Positions 19,972 through 29,296 of a stretch of DNA of 64,000 bases are shown here, piece by piece. The notes under the pieces are model-generated. The model made no database searches. It was not told the DNA's origin and saw nothing but the letters and a program-made list of their open reading frames with translations. Each line of letters starts with the position of its first letter. Within the stretch, counting starts at the first letter, position 1. A program made the position numbers and the translations under genes. Source of the DNA: Candidatus Micrarchaeota archaeon (GTDB taxonomy: Archaea > Micrarchaeota > Micrarchaeia > Anstonellales > Bilamarchaeaceae); assembly GCA_964490215.1 (NCBI GenBank), contig CAZBAM010000002.1:12403-76402 (forward strand). The letters are read 5' to 3'.

Positions 19972-20997
19972 ATGAAACTCCTGGTAACCGGCGGGGCCGG
20001 CTTCATCGGCTCCAACTTCGTCATCCGCGCGCTTACCGCAGGGGCCGGCGGGGCGCACGAGCCGCCGGCATCAGGCGTCAGGGTGCTGGACGCACTCACC
20101 TACGCTGCGGATTTGCGCAACCTGGAAGGCGTTTCAAAAAACAAGAACTACTCGTTCGTGAAAGGCGACGTGCGCGACCGGGCAGCTGTGGAAAAGGCGC
20201 TGGACGGCTGCGATGCAATAGTCCATTTCGCTGCCGAGAGCCACGTTGACTATTCCATCTCCAACCCGGCGCTGTTCTACGAGACCAACGTCCTCGGCAC
20301 GCTCAACCTGCTTGAGGCCGCAAGGAAGCGCGACGTCAGGTTCCTGCACATATCCACTGACGAGGTCTATGGCGACGTGCGGGAAGGCGAGAGCAGGGAA
20401 TCAGACCCGCTCGTCCCTTCCAGCCCGTATTCAGCTTCCAAGGCAGCAGCCGATCTGCTGGTAGGTGCGTATTCCCGCACCTACGGCATGGACGTGAAGA
20501 TAACGCGCACAACCAACAACTACGGGCCGTTCCAGCACATGGAGAAGCTCATACCTAAATTCGTGCTCCTCGCGCTCATGGGAAAGAAGCTCCCGGTATA
20601 CGGCACGGGCGAGTCGGTAAGGGAATGGATTCACGTGAACGACAACTGCGACGCGATACTCGCGGTCCTGGAAAAAGGCCGCTCCGGCTCGGTGTACAAC
20701 ATAGGCACGGGCGAGAGGAAGACCGTCATGGACGTCGCGAGGCTTATCCTCTCGGCCCTGGGCAGGGGCGGCTCAGGCGAGTCGCTCATCGTCCACGAGG
20801 CCCAGCGGCCCGGCGAGGACATGCGCTACGCGCTTGACAGCTCGCGGGTGCGCGCGCTCGGGTGGGCCCCGAAACTCACGTTTGAAAAAGGCATATCTGA
20901 AACCGTCCGCTGGTACGCGGAAAACCGCGCGTGGTGGGAGGGAAAGGCGAAAACACATGACCTTAGCCATAGGCATACGGAGCTTCATAAGCGCTGA
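19972..20997 (+). CDS. rmlB: dTDP-glucose 4,6-dehydratase
   Basis: MKLLVTGGAGFIGSNF; HISTDEVYGD; SPYSASKAAADLLV; TNNYGPFQHMEKLIP. Confidence 0.7.
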   Translation: MKLLVTGGAGFIGSNFVIRALTAGAGGAHEPPASGVRVLDALTYAADLRNLEGVSKNKNYSFVKGDVRDRAAVEKALDGCDAIVHFAAESHVDYSISNPALFYETNVLGTLNLLEAARKRDVRFLHISTDEVYGDVREGESRESDPLVPSSPYSASKAAADLLVGAYSRTYGMDVKITRTTNNYGPFQHMEKLIPKFVLLALMGKKLPVYGTGESVREWIHVNDNCDAILAVLEKGRSGSVYNIGTGERKTVMDVARLILSALGRGGSGESLIVHEAQRPGEDMRYALDSSRVRALGWAPKLTFEKGISETVRWYAENRAWWEGKAKTHDLSHRHTELHKR

Positions 20998-22843
20998 AGG
21001 GCTGCCGGAAGTGCTGCGGCAGGCCGCGGACGCGCGGAAGGCTTTCCCGGACGCCAGGCTCATCCTCGCCGCGTGCGGCGCGCCGGTCCCGCCTGACCTC
21101 GCCGCGCGTTTTGATTCAGTCGTGCACTACTCTGACAAGGCAGAGGGCCACGGCCGCTCCTGGTCTGTGATACTGGGCTACGCTGAGAAAAACCGCTGCG
21201 AAGACGTCATAGTAACAAACGGCAACGACCAGCACATATTCGTAGCCGTCCGCAAGGCGTATGACAGCGCCCAGCCGGGCGTCACGGTCCCTGAGCGCAT
21301 GAAGCGCGTGATATTCACGCGGGACTCCATAGACGGCCTGACGCTGGAGGACCTTGAGAACGGGTTCCTGCGCCACAAGTGGGCCATGCCGGTGCGCGAC
21401 CTGCAGAGCGGGCTCTTCATAATCAGGGGGCTGAAATACCAGGCTGGCATCGCAGCCGGCATCGGCGCCATGGACAGCTGGCTGGGCGACCTTGCGTTCT
21501 ACGACCTGCTTTTCACCAGGCACCCGGACCTGCGGATAAGCACGCCGAAAATAGAGGTCCGCAGCCAGCACTACAGCCTTTCCTCGCGGCTTTTCGTGTT
21601 CAGGACGATAGCGGCATGCGAGCTGCATTTCGGCATCACGTTCCAGGAAATCATACGGCTGGCCGAGATGGCGCCCTTCGCTTATTTCTTTGACGGCAGC
21701 ATCAGCCGCGTGGGCGAGATAGAGACCGCTTGGCTCAACTACACGAACGCTGAGAAAATCCACGGCATGAAGGCCCTCATACTCGCGGCAGGCAGGGGCA
21801 GCGGCCTGAAGCCCATAACAGACACGCGGCCCAAGCCGCTGGTGCCAGTGGCCAACAAGCCGATGATACTGTACATCGTCGAGGACATCATCAACGCCGG
21901 CATAAGCGACATAGGCATAGTCGTCAGCCCTGCCGGCGGCCCCATAAGGGAAGCGGTCGGCGACGGCTCGCGCTGGAAGGTGAGGATAACCTACATAACC
22001 CAGCCAGAGCCGCTCGGCCTTGCGCACGCGGTGCAGTGCGCCAGGGGCTTCACCGGCGCCTCGCCGTTCATACTATACCTGGGTGACAACCTGCTCAGCG
22101 GCGGTATAAGCGGTTTCGTTTCCTCGTTCGCATCCTCTTCGGACGACGCGCGGCTGATGCTCACAGTTGTGGACGACCCGGCGCGCTTCGGCGTGGTGGA
22201 GCTGGACGACAAGCTGCGGCCTGTCCGCCTCGTGGAAAAGCCCAAAAACCCGCCGAGCAACTTCGCGGTCGTTGGCATCTACGGGTTCAGGCCTGCGATA
22301 TTCGGTGCCATAGCGAAGATAAAACCGTCAGCACGTGGCGAGCTTGAGATAACCGACGCGATACAGGAACTCCTCTCGTCCTCAAAGCCTGTTTCTGCCG
22401 AGTTCGTCAGGGACTGGTGGCACGACACAGGCAAGCCGCAGTCGCTGCTGGTGGCCAACGGCCTGGTGCTTGACCACATGAAGGAAACGTTCAACGAAGG
22501 TACGTGCGCCCAGTCCGCAAGGGTGTTCGGCAGGGTGAGAATCGGCCGAGGCAGCCGGATACTTGACAACACCGAGATACGTGGGCCGGCGTGCATAGGC
22601 AGCAACTGCGTCATAGGGCCGGACTGCCTTGTCGGCCCCTACACGTCCATAGGAGATGGCGCGAAGATAAGCGGCAGCGCCCTGGAATTCTCCATGGTGT
22701 TTGACAACGCCGTGATAAAGAATGCCGGCCGCATCAGCGACAGCATAATCGGAAGCGGCTGCACTGTCACTGGAAAGGGAAAAGGCAGGCCGGATGGCGG
22801 CAGGTCCCTGGTGCTCGGCGACGGGACGAAGACAGAAGTGTGA
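20957..22843 (+). CDS. rmlA: Fusion (or translationally overlapping pair with no intervening stop): about 270-aa N-terminal domain of unknown function plus long-form glucose-1-phosphate thymidylyltransferase (RmlA with a left-handed beta-helix C-terminus)
   Basis: C-terminal half from internal ATG 21767: MKALILAAGRGSGLKP...KPLVPVANKPMI...; LbH hexapeptide repeats at the end. N-terminal half (MTLAIGIRSFISAEGLPEVL...) has no recognisable family. ATG 20957 overlaps the rmlB 3' end. Confidence 0.6.
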   Translation: MTLAIGIRSFISAEGLPEVLRQAADARKAFPDARLILAACGAPVPPDLAARFDSVVHYSDKAEGHGRSWSVILGYAEKNRCEDVIVTNGNDQHIFVAVRKAYDSAQPGVTVPERMKRVIFTRDSIDGLTLEDLENGFLRHKWAMPVRDLQSGLFIIRGLKYQAGIAAGIGAMDSWLGDLAFYDLLFTRHPDLRISTPKIEVRSQHYSLSSRLFVFRTIAACELHFGITFQEIIRLAEMAPFAYFFDGSISRVGEIETAWLNYTNAEKIHGMKALILAAGRGSGLKPITDTRPKPLVPVANKPMILYIVEDIINAGISDIGIVVSPAGGPIREAVGDGSRWKVRITYITQPEPLGLAHAVQCARGFTGASPFILYLGDNLLSGGISGFVSSFASSSDDARLMLTVVDDPARFGVVELDDKLRPVRLVEKPKNPPSNFAVVGIYGFRPAIFGAIAKIKPSARGELEITDAIQELLSSSKPVSAEFVRDWWHDTGKPQSLLVANGLVLDHMKETFNEGTCAQSARVFGRVRIGRGSRILDNTEIRGPACIGSNCVIGPDCLVGPYTSIGDGAKISGSALEFSMVFDNAVIKNAGRISDSIIGSGCTVTGKGKGRPDGGRSLVLGDGTKTEV

Positions 22844-22889
22844 TACGATACTTCAGCATTACCATCCACCAGCCCACTTTATGCCCCAT

Positions 22890-23879
22890 TTATTTTCTGA
22901 AGCGTATTGTTTCACGCATATCAGATACCACGCCATGTATATTCAGCACCCGGTCAAAAACTGTGCTCCAATTGGAATCATACGGCATTTGCTCATAGAA
23001 TTGCATGCGACCGTTTTCTAGCCGGCTGGTGCTGTTGAAGTTGTAAAAATATATATTGCCGCGCGCTTGTATTATGCGGAAATATTTCTCTATCTCATTC
23101 CATGGCATTTCAATAAGAGAAACCGAGTTTATGAAAAGCCGTATGTCCCTGGCTTGCAGCACTTCCTCAGCGAGACTGGAGGGGATGAACACAATGCAGT
23201 CCTTTGCCCGGAAGTTCTTCAGGTCGTCTTTCTTTTCAACGAAAAAGAGCCTTCTGCCAGTGCTCTGCCTGGCCAGGTAAGTCATGCTCAATGCAAGCGT
23301 TTCAAACAGGTCTATTATGTAGTAGTTGTCCAGTTTATCCTGGTTGAGGCAGAATAGTTCCGCGAAGCCTCCGTACCCCCCCCCAATCTCACAAGCCGAG
23401 AACCTGCTTTCCTGGAGGACTGGCACGTTGGCCTTTATGACCGCCAGCTGTGCCGCATAACGTCTTATGTTCGCATTGAATATTTTCCCATTGAAGGAGT
23501 AAAACAAGTCCTGAAAGTTCTTCCGGTCAGGCGGCAGGGTTATGCCTGCCTCGGTAAGGACGTTAAACTCTATTCTTGGTCTGACGGACTGAAAAGGCCA
23601 GATAAGCGCATTTCTCATCATATGGAGATATAGCCGTCTGGTTATGCCCTGTTTGCTCCCGAAGCATCTCGACAGACCGCCAATCATGTATTGCCAGGTA
23701 CATCTCACCGGCGGGTCCAGCACGCCATCTGAGAATCGCGTAAGGTAGAATTTATCCAGCTTAGCCAGTTCGGCTTTTGTTCCGGCCATATCCTTCCATG
23801 TGCCAGACAATTCAGAGGCGTATCCATCCCATTTTTCCAATACGAACTTTGCAACGTTGTCGCGCGTTATTTCGAACAT
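22890..23879 (-). CDS. Putative sugar O-methyltransferase-like protein (class I MTase-like, EIGGGYGGFAE)
   Basis: Gly-rich SAM-binding-like motif; gene is visibly AT-richer than its neighbours. Confidence 0.4.
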   Translation of the reverse strand: MFEITRDNVAKFVLEKWDGYASELSGTWKDMAGTKAELAKLDKFYLTRFSDGVLDPPVRCTWQYMIGGLSRCFGSKQGITRRLYLHMMRNALIWPFQSVRPRIEFNVLTEAGITLPPDRKNFQDLFYSFNGKIFNANIRRYAAQLAVIKANVPVLQESRFSACEIGGGYGGFAELFCLNQDKLDNYYIIDLFETLALSMTYLARQSTGRRLFFVEKKDDLKNFRAKDCIVFIPSSLAEEVLQARDIRLFINSVSLIEMPWNEIEKYFRIIQARGNIYFYNFNSTSRLENGRMQFYEQMPYDSNWSTVFDRVLNIHGVVSDMRETIRFRK

Positions 23880-23888
23880 ACCAATCCC

Positions 23889-24677
23889 CTACAGCAGCGT
23901 GAACCCGCCATCAACGACGAGGTTCTGGCCTGTAACGTATTTCGCAGCAGGCGACGCGAGGAACACCGCAGCGCCCTTCAGGTCCGTGTCATTGGCCATC
24001 CTTCCCATGGGCGTCTTGTATTCGTAGTTCTTCACGAACTCCGGCGCCTGGCTGTTGAAGAGCCCGCCGGGCGAGATGCAGTTCACGCGGATGTTGTGCC
24101 TGGCGAGATAGGCCGCAAGGTAGCGCGTCATGTGTATCACGCCTGCCTTGGTGGCCGCATAGACTTCCGAACTGTTCCTGCCTGAATCGCCGTATATGCG
24201 GTAGTCAGCGGTCGTCACGCCATAGACCGAGCCGATGTTTATTATGCAGCCGCCCTTCTGCCTCATCATCTGCGCCGCGAACGCCTGCGAGCAAAGGAAC
24301 GTGCCGGTGAGATTGACCTTCAGCGCCTTTTCAAACTCCTCCACTGTCCTGTTCTCAAAAAGCGTGAATACGCCCATGCCTGCGTTGTTCACCAGCACGT
24401 CGGCCTTCCCGAATTCGGCAAGCACTGCCTTCAGTGCCTTCTCCACTGACTTGCGGTCTGTTATGTCCATCGCCAGCCCGACGCATTTCTTCCGGCCTTT
24501 TGAGAGCGCGTTCGCGCGCTTTACGCACTCCTTCAGCGCGTCGCCGTCAAGGTCAGCGAGCACCACGTGCGCGCCTGCCTCGGAATACGCCTTCGTGAGC
24601 TGGTCGCCGACCTGCCCTGCCGCGCCAGTCACCACCACGACCATGCCCTCAAGCCTGAAGGAATCAATCACGTTCAT
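23889..24677 (-). CDS. Short-chain dehydrogenase/reductase (classical SDR)
   Basis: VVVTGAAGQVG; NNAG; YAATKAGV (YxxxK). Internal ATG at 24677 (ORF to 24710). Confidence 0.6.
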   Translation of the reverse strand: MNVIDSFRLEGMVVVVTGAAGQVGDQLTKAYSEAGAHVVLADLDGDALKECVKRANALSKGRKKCVGLAMDITDRKSVEKALKAVLAEFGKADVLVNNAGMGVFTLFENRTVEEFEKALKVNLTGTFLCSQAFAAQMMRQKGGCIINIGSVYGVTTADYRIYGDSGRNSSEVYAATKAGVIHMTRYLAAYLARHNIRVNCISPGGLFNSQAPEFVKNYEYKTPMGRMANDTDLKGAAVFLASPAAKYVTGQNLVVDGGFTLL

Positions 24678-24744
24678 GCCAATGACACCTGGATGGTTTT
24701 CACACCGCACATAATAAAACCAATACGCTGGAAATTATTGCCAT

Positions 24745-26547
24745 ATGCCCGGAGACGCAATCAGTACAATCCGCATCCTGTTCAGGTGCGACGGCGGCAG
24801 GACGCCGGAAATCGGCACCGGCCACGTTGCGCGCTGCAGCCGCCTCGCCGAAGCCCTTGCCAGCGACGGCGACGTGGAAGCGTCCTTCCTGATGGGGGAC
24901 AACGATTTCTCAAGGGCGTTTGCGTCAGGGGCGAAATGGAAGGTCCATCTTTTCCCGGAAAACGACCTGAAGGCGTGCGCTGCCATACTCTCCAAGCACA
25001 AGCCTGACATACTCGTCGTGGACCGGCTGGACTCGGACCCCGCGTTCATGGACGCGGCCCGCAAGCTTTGCAGGGTGCTGGTGACGGTTGACGACCTCGG
25101 GCCTGGCGCGAAACTCGCTGACCTGGTGATAAACGGCATAGTGGGCGACGGCAAGGGGTCCTACACAGGCCCGGCCTACGTCATAACCCCGCCCCAGCCC
25201 GGCCTCGGCTCGCAGCCCGGCGCCTCGTTGAAGGAAATCCGGCCGGTGTGCGAAAAGATATTCGTCAGCTTCGGCGGCTACGACCACCTCAACCTCACCC
25301 TCAAGGCGGCCCGGGCGCTGGAGTCCCTGGACAAGTCAAAGGACGTGCGCATAGCGGTCGGCAGTGAATACCCGTTCCAGGCAGAGTTGGACGCATTCAT
25401 GAAAAGCTCCGGGCGCCGCTTCTCTGTTTACCGTGCGCCGGAAAACTTCGCCGAACTCCTGTCAGGCTCTGACCTCGCGATAACGAACGGTGGCCTCACC
25501 CTTTTTGAGGCCATGGCTGCAGGCGTGCCAGCGCTCGTGCTCGCGCAATACGACCACCAGGCAAAGACAGGGAGCGAATACGCGAAGCGCGGCGCGTGCG
25601 GTTTCCTGGGACTGGGGGACGCGGTCCCAGGGGCTGAGATATCCAGGCGCGCAGCCGCGCTCATGTCCGACCACGAGGCTAGGCAGCGCATGTCCCGCAA
25701 GGCCAGGAAGCTGGTGGACGGGAAGGGCCTCCGGCGGGTGGCAGACCTCGTGCGTGTCGTCAGGCCCCTGAACTGGGACAGCGGCTTTTTCAGGATGAAG
25801 ATAGCCAAGGTCACAGCCTCCCGCCTCAACGAAAGGATGGCATCGTTCATAGACGACTGGTGCGCAGCCAATTCGGTCCGCTGCCTCTACTACCTGTGCG
25901 ACTGCGACCACGCGGAAAGCGTCAGCATTGCAGAGGCGCACGGCTTCCACTTCACAGACATCCGGCTCACTTTGGAGGCAGACCTGGAAGGGCATCCGCA
26001 AGTCCATCAGGGAGGCCACCCGGAAAGCCACCTGGAAGGCCATCAAGGAGGTCATCAGGAAGGCCATTCGCAGCAGCGCGGCACCGGCCCTGACATCCGC
26101 GAGTGCGCAACCCAGGATCTGCCCGGCATAAGGGCCATCGCCGGCCGGAGCTACGTCATGAGCAGGTATTACTACGACGGCCACTTCAGCAAGGAAATGC
26201 TCGAGCGGTTCTACAGCGACTGGCTTGAAGGCACCTTCCGCTCCCCGCAGGGCAAGGTCTTCGTTGCGCACAGGGACGGGAAGCCCGTGGGCTACGTTTC
26301 AGGCGAGGTTGATTCCGCTGCCGGGCACGGCAGGATAATCCTGGTCGGCGTGGACGAGGCCAGCTCAGGCGACGGCACCGGCAGGCGGCTGGTGGACGCA
26401 ATGCTGGGCTGGATGCAGGGCCGCGGCTCGTACACCGTGGAGGTTGTGACGCAGGGCCGGAACATCCCTGCCCAGCGGCTCTACCAGAAATGCGGGTTTA
26501 AGATAGTTTCAGCGCACATATGGTATCACAAATGGTTTCAGCATTAG
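24745..26547 (+). CDS. pseGH: PseG–PseH fusion: UDP-2,4-diacetamido-2,4,6-trideoxy-hexose hydrolase-like domain plus GNAT N-acetyltransferase domain, joined by a His-rich linker
   Basis: N-terminus IRILFRCDGGRTPEIGTGHVARCSRLAEAL matches the PseG start (R.DG....G.GH..RC..LA); C-terminal VFVAHRDGKPVGYVSG...VDAMLGWMQGRG...QRLYQKCGFK is GNAT; linker EGHPQVHQGGHPESHLEGHQGGHQEGH. Confidence 0.6.
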   Translation: MPGDAISTIRILFRCDGGRTPEIGTGHVARCSRLAEALASDGDVEASFLMGDNDFSRAFASGAKWKVHLFPENDLKACAAILSKHKPDILVVDRLDSDPAFMDAARKLCRVLVTVDDLGPGAKLADLVINGIVGDGKGSYTGPAYVITPPQPGLGSQPGASLKEIRPVCEKIFVSFGGYDHLNLTLKAARALESLDKSKDVRIAVGSEYPFQAELDAFMKSSGRRFSVYRAPENFAELLSGSDLAITNGGLTLFEAMAAGVPALVLAQYDHQAKTGSEYAKRGACGFLGLGDAVPGAEISRRAAALMSDHEARQRMSRKARKLVDGKGLRRVADLVRVVRPLNWDSGFFRMKIAKVTASRLNERMASFIDDWCAANSVRCLYYLCDCDHAESVSIAEAHGFHFTDIRLTLEADLEGHPQVHQGGHPESHLEGHQGGHQEGHSQQRGTGPDIRECATQDLPGIRAIAGRSYVMSRYYYDGHFSKEMLERFYSDWLEGTFRSPQGKVFVAHRDGKPVGYVSGEVDSAAGHGRIILVGVDEASSGDGTGRRLVDAMLGWMQGRGSYTVEVVTQGRNIPAQRLYQKCGFKIVSAHIWYHKWFQH

Positions 26548-26600
26548 GTTTCAGCATCAACCCTGTTAGCCCTGTTTGACGATGACTGTTTGGCGATGAG

Positions 26601-27809
26601 ATGAACAAGCCTGCGATTGACGGTGGAAAACCAGTGGCACAGGAGAAGGATTACATCCGCTTCTGCCCCCCCATGATCGAGGTCGACGACCTGCGGGCTG
26701 TCGAAGAGATCCTCAAGAGCGGATGGCTGAGCACAGGCCCGAAGGCGCAGGAGTTCGAGGCCGCGTTCATGGAATACACGGGCGCGAAGAACGCGCTCGC
26801 GCTCAACTCCTGCACAGCAGGCCTGCACCTGTCGCTCCTGGCCCACGGCATAGGCCCCGGCGACGAGGTCATAGTGCCTGCGATGACCTTCGCTGCCACT
26901 GCCAACGTGGTCGAGCTGGTGGGCGCGAAGCCTGTGCTCGCCGATTCCGTGCAGTCAGGCTTCAACATGGATCCGGCTGACGCAGCCAGGCGGATAACGC
27001 CCAGGACGAAGGCCATGATTCCGGTCCATTTCGGCGGCCTGCCCTGCGAGATGGACGCGATAGGTGCGCTGGCTGTGGAAAAGGGCCTGCACATAATAGA
27101 GGATTGCGCACATGCCATCGGTTCTGCCTACCGCGGCAAGCGCATAGGCAGCTCAGCCAACCTCTCGTGCTTCAGCTTCTACCCCACGAAAAACATGACA
27201 ACGATAGAAGGCGGCATGGTGACCGGCCCGGCAGCGGACCGGGCGCTTTTCTCCCGCATGCGCATGCTCTCACTACACGGCATGTCAAAGGACGCGTTCA
27301 AGCGGTTCTCGAAGGAGGGCGCGGCGCACTACGAAATAGAGATGCCCGGCTTCAAGTACAACATGCCTGACGTTTCAGCCGCGCTCGGTCTGAGCCAGCT
27401 GAGGAAGGTGGAGCGGTTCAACGCCCTGCGCGCCAGGTACGCGAAATACCTCGCCGACCGGCTCGAGGACGTGCCCGGCATCATACTGCCGCCGGACGTG
27501 CCGCCGCACGTGAAAAGTTCCTGGCACATGTTCCCGTTCATGGTCAACCCGGCTGAAACACGGATAACGCGGGACCGCATGCTCGAGGCCCTGAAAAAGG
27601 AAAACATAGGCGTCGGGGTGCACTACCGCTCCCTACACGTCCACAAGTACTACCGCGAGAAATACGGGTTCCGCAGGGAGGACTACCCCCGCGCGGCTTT
27701 CATCTCAGACAACACCTTCTCGGTTCCGTTCTCGCATTCCATGAGCGAAAAGGAGCTCGAGCTGGTGGCTGACGCACTGGTGAGGATAGCGAGGCACTAC
27801 AAGAAATAG
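26601..27809 (+). CDS. pseC: DegT/DnrJ/EryC1/StrS-family sugar aminotransferase (PseC-like)
   Basis: ...VDDLRAVEEILKSGWLSTGPKAQEFEAAF...; PLP-lysine region FSFYPTKNMT. Confidence 0.7.
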   Translation: MNKPAIDGGKPVAQEKDYIRFCPPMIEVDDLRAVEEILKSGWLSTGPKAQEFEAAFMEYTGAKNALALNSCTAGLHLSLLAHGIGPGDEVIVPAMTFAATANVVELVGAKPVLADSVQSGFNMDPADAARRITPRTKAMIPVHFGGLPCEMDAIGALAVEKGLHIIEDCAHAIGSAYRGKRIGSSANLSCFSFYPTKNMTTIEGGMVTGPAADRALFSRMRMLSLHGMSKDAFKRFSKEGAAHYEIEMPGFKYNMPDVSAALGLSQLRKVERFNALRARYAKYLADRLEDVPGIILPPDVPPHVKSSWHMFPFMVNPAETRITRDRMLEALKKENIGVGVHYRSLHVHKYYREKYGFRREDYPRAAFISDNTFSVPFSHSMSEKELELVADALVRIARHYKK

Positions 27810-27876
27810 CAAAAAAAACAGGCGGCAGGACGCCGTAAGGAAACAGGCGAAGAGTTGCTGGTAAGGTGCTGATTCC

Positions 27877-28683
27877 ATGGCTGTTGGCGCGATAATACAG
27901 GCAAGGATGGGCTCCACGAGGCTTCCGGGCAAGATCATGAAGACCGTCCTCGGCAAGCCGCTGCTGGCGCTCATGCTGGAGCGCGTGAAGCTGGCCCGCT
28001 CGCTGGACGTAGTGGTGGTCGCGATACCTGACACGCCTGAGAACGACGGCCTCGCAGCGCTCTGCGGGCAGTGCGGGGTGCAGGTGTTCAGGGGAAGCGA
28101 GAACGACGTGCTGTCGAGATACTACCTGGCCGCGAAGAAGTTCTCCCTTGACCCGGTGGTCAGGCTGACGTCCGACTGCCCGCTCATCGACCCGGCGCTC
28201 GTGGACCACGCTGTTTTCCTGTACCGGAAGGGCGGCTACGACTACTTCACGAACGCCATAGAGCGGACCTATCCGGACGGCCAGGACATAGAGATAATCT
28301 CCTTCCGGGCGCTTGAAACCGCGTACCAGCGGGCGACTGACACCCACGACCGGGAGCACGTGACGACATACATAGGCGTCAGGGACAAAGAGTTCAGGCA
28401 CGGCAACTTCCGCTACAAGAAAGACCTTTCAAAACTCAGGTGGACCGTTGATTATCCCGCGGATTTTGATTTCGTGGCCGCGGTCTTCAGGGAGCTTTAT
28501 CCGTCAAAAGGCGCGGCTTTCTCCATGGAGGACGTCCTGGAGCTGCTGGCCCGCAAGCCCGGGATAGGCAGGATAAACGAGAACGTCACAGGCAAGGACA
28601 ACCTCAAGATAGCGAAGGAAAGGCGGAAGAAGGGGATGCGCGGAACCGCGGCCGGCGGGAAACGGGAAACCGGAAACCAATAA
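27877..28683 (+). CDS. pseF: CMP-nonulosonic acid synthetase (acylneuraminate cytidylyltransferase family, PseF/NeuA-like)
   Basis: [23 protein letters not shown], the CTP-transferase signature. Confidence 0.65.
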   Translation: MAVGAIIQARMGSTRLPGKIMKTVLGKPLLALMLERVKLARSLDVVVVAIPDTPENDGLAALCGQCGVQVFRGSENDVLSRYYLAAKKFSLDPVVRLTSDCPLIDPALVDHAVFLYRKGGYDYFTNAIERTYPDGQDIEIISFRALETAYQRATDTHDREHVTTYIGVRDKEFRHGNFRYKKDLSKLRWTVDYPADFDFVAAVFRELYPSKGAAFSMEDVLELLARKPGIGRINENVTGKDNLKIAKERRKKGMRGTAAGGKRETGNQ

Positions 28684-28697
28684 AAACCGTCCACGAT

Positions 28698-29291
28698 ATG
28701 GTTACAACGATGAAACCATCCGATTTGTTGCAGGAGCACTTCAAAGCCTGCCAGCGCATCAGCGCCGCCGAGATTGAGGCAGTCGCATCCCCAATCATCG
28801 CCGCCCTCAAGGCCGGCAACAAGGTCCTCATCTGCGGCAACGGCGGCAGTGCCGCCGACGCCCAGCATTTCGCGGCAGAGCTCAGCGGCAGGTACGTCCG
28901 GGAAAGGAAGGCGCTGCCAGGCATCGCGCTCACTGCCGACACGTCAGTGCTGACGGCGATTTCAAACGACTACGGATTCGGGCGCGTGTTCGCACGCCAG
29001 GTGGAGGCGCTTGGCAGGAAGGGCGACGTGCTCGTGCTCATAAGCACCAGCGGCGAGTCCGAGAACCTGCTGGAGGCCGCGAACGCGGCGAAGGCGCTCG
29101 GCATGGCCACGGTCGGCCTCCTCGGGAAAGGGGGCGGGCGGCTGAAGATGCCGTGCGACAGGTCGCTCGTGGTCGCCTCGGACAGCACGCCGGCGGTGCA
29201 GGAGATGCACATACTCATAATCCACTGCATCTGCGGGATGGTGGACGACGCGTTCGCAGGGCCGTTGCGCGTAGCCCACAAAAGCGGGTAG
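28698..29291 (+). CDS. gmhA: D-sedoheptulose-7-phosphate isomerase (SIS domain)
   Basis: [22 protein letters not shown], the GmhA signature. Confidence 0.7.
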   Translation: MVTTMKPSDLLQEHFKACQRISAAEIEAVASPIIAALKAGNKVLICGNGGSAADAQHFAAELSGRYVRERKALPGIALTADTSVLTAISNDYGFGRVFARQVEALGRKGDVLVLISTSGESENLLEAANAAKALGMATVGLLGKGGGRLKMPCDRSLVVASDSTPAVQEMHILIIHCICGMVDDAFAGPLRVAHKSG

Positions 29292-29296
29292 CTGCC

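Noticed and set aside
21116-22027. 303-aa minus-strand ORF inside the RmlA fusion gene
   Set aside because: Antisense to clear nucleotidyltransferase motifs; composition atypical.
25462-26271. 269-aa minus-strand ORF inside pseGH
   Set aside because: Antisense artefact.
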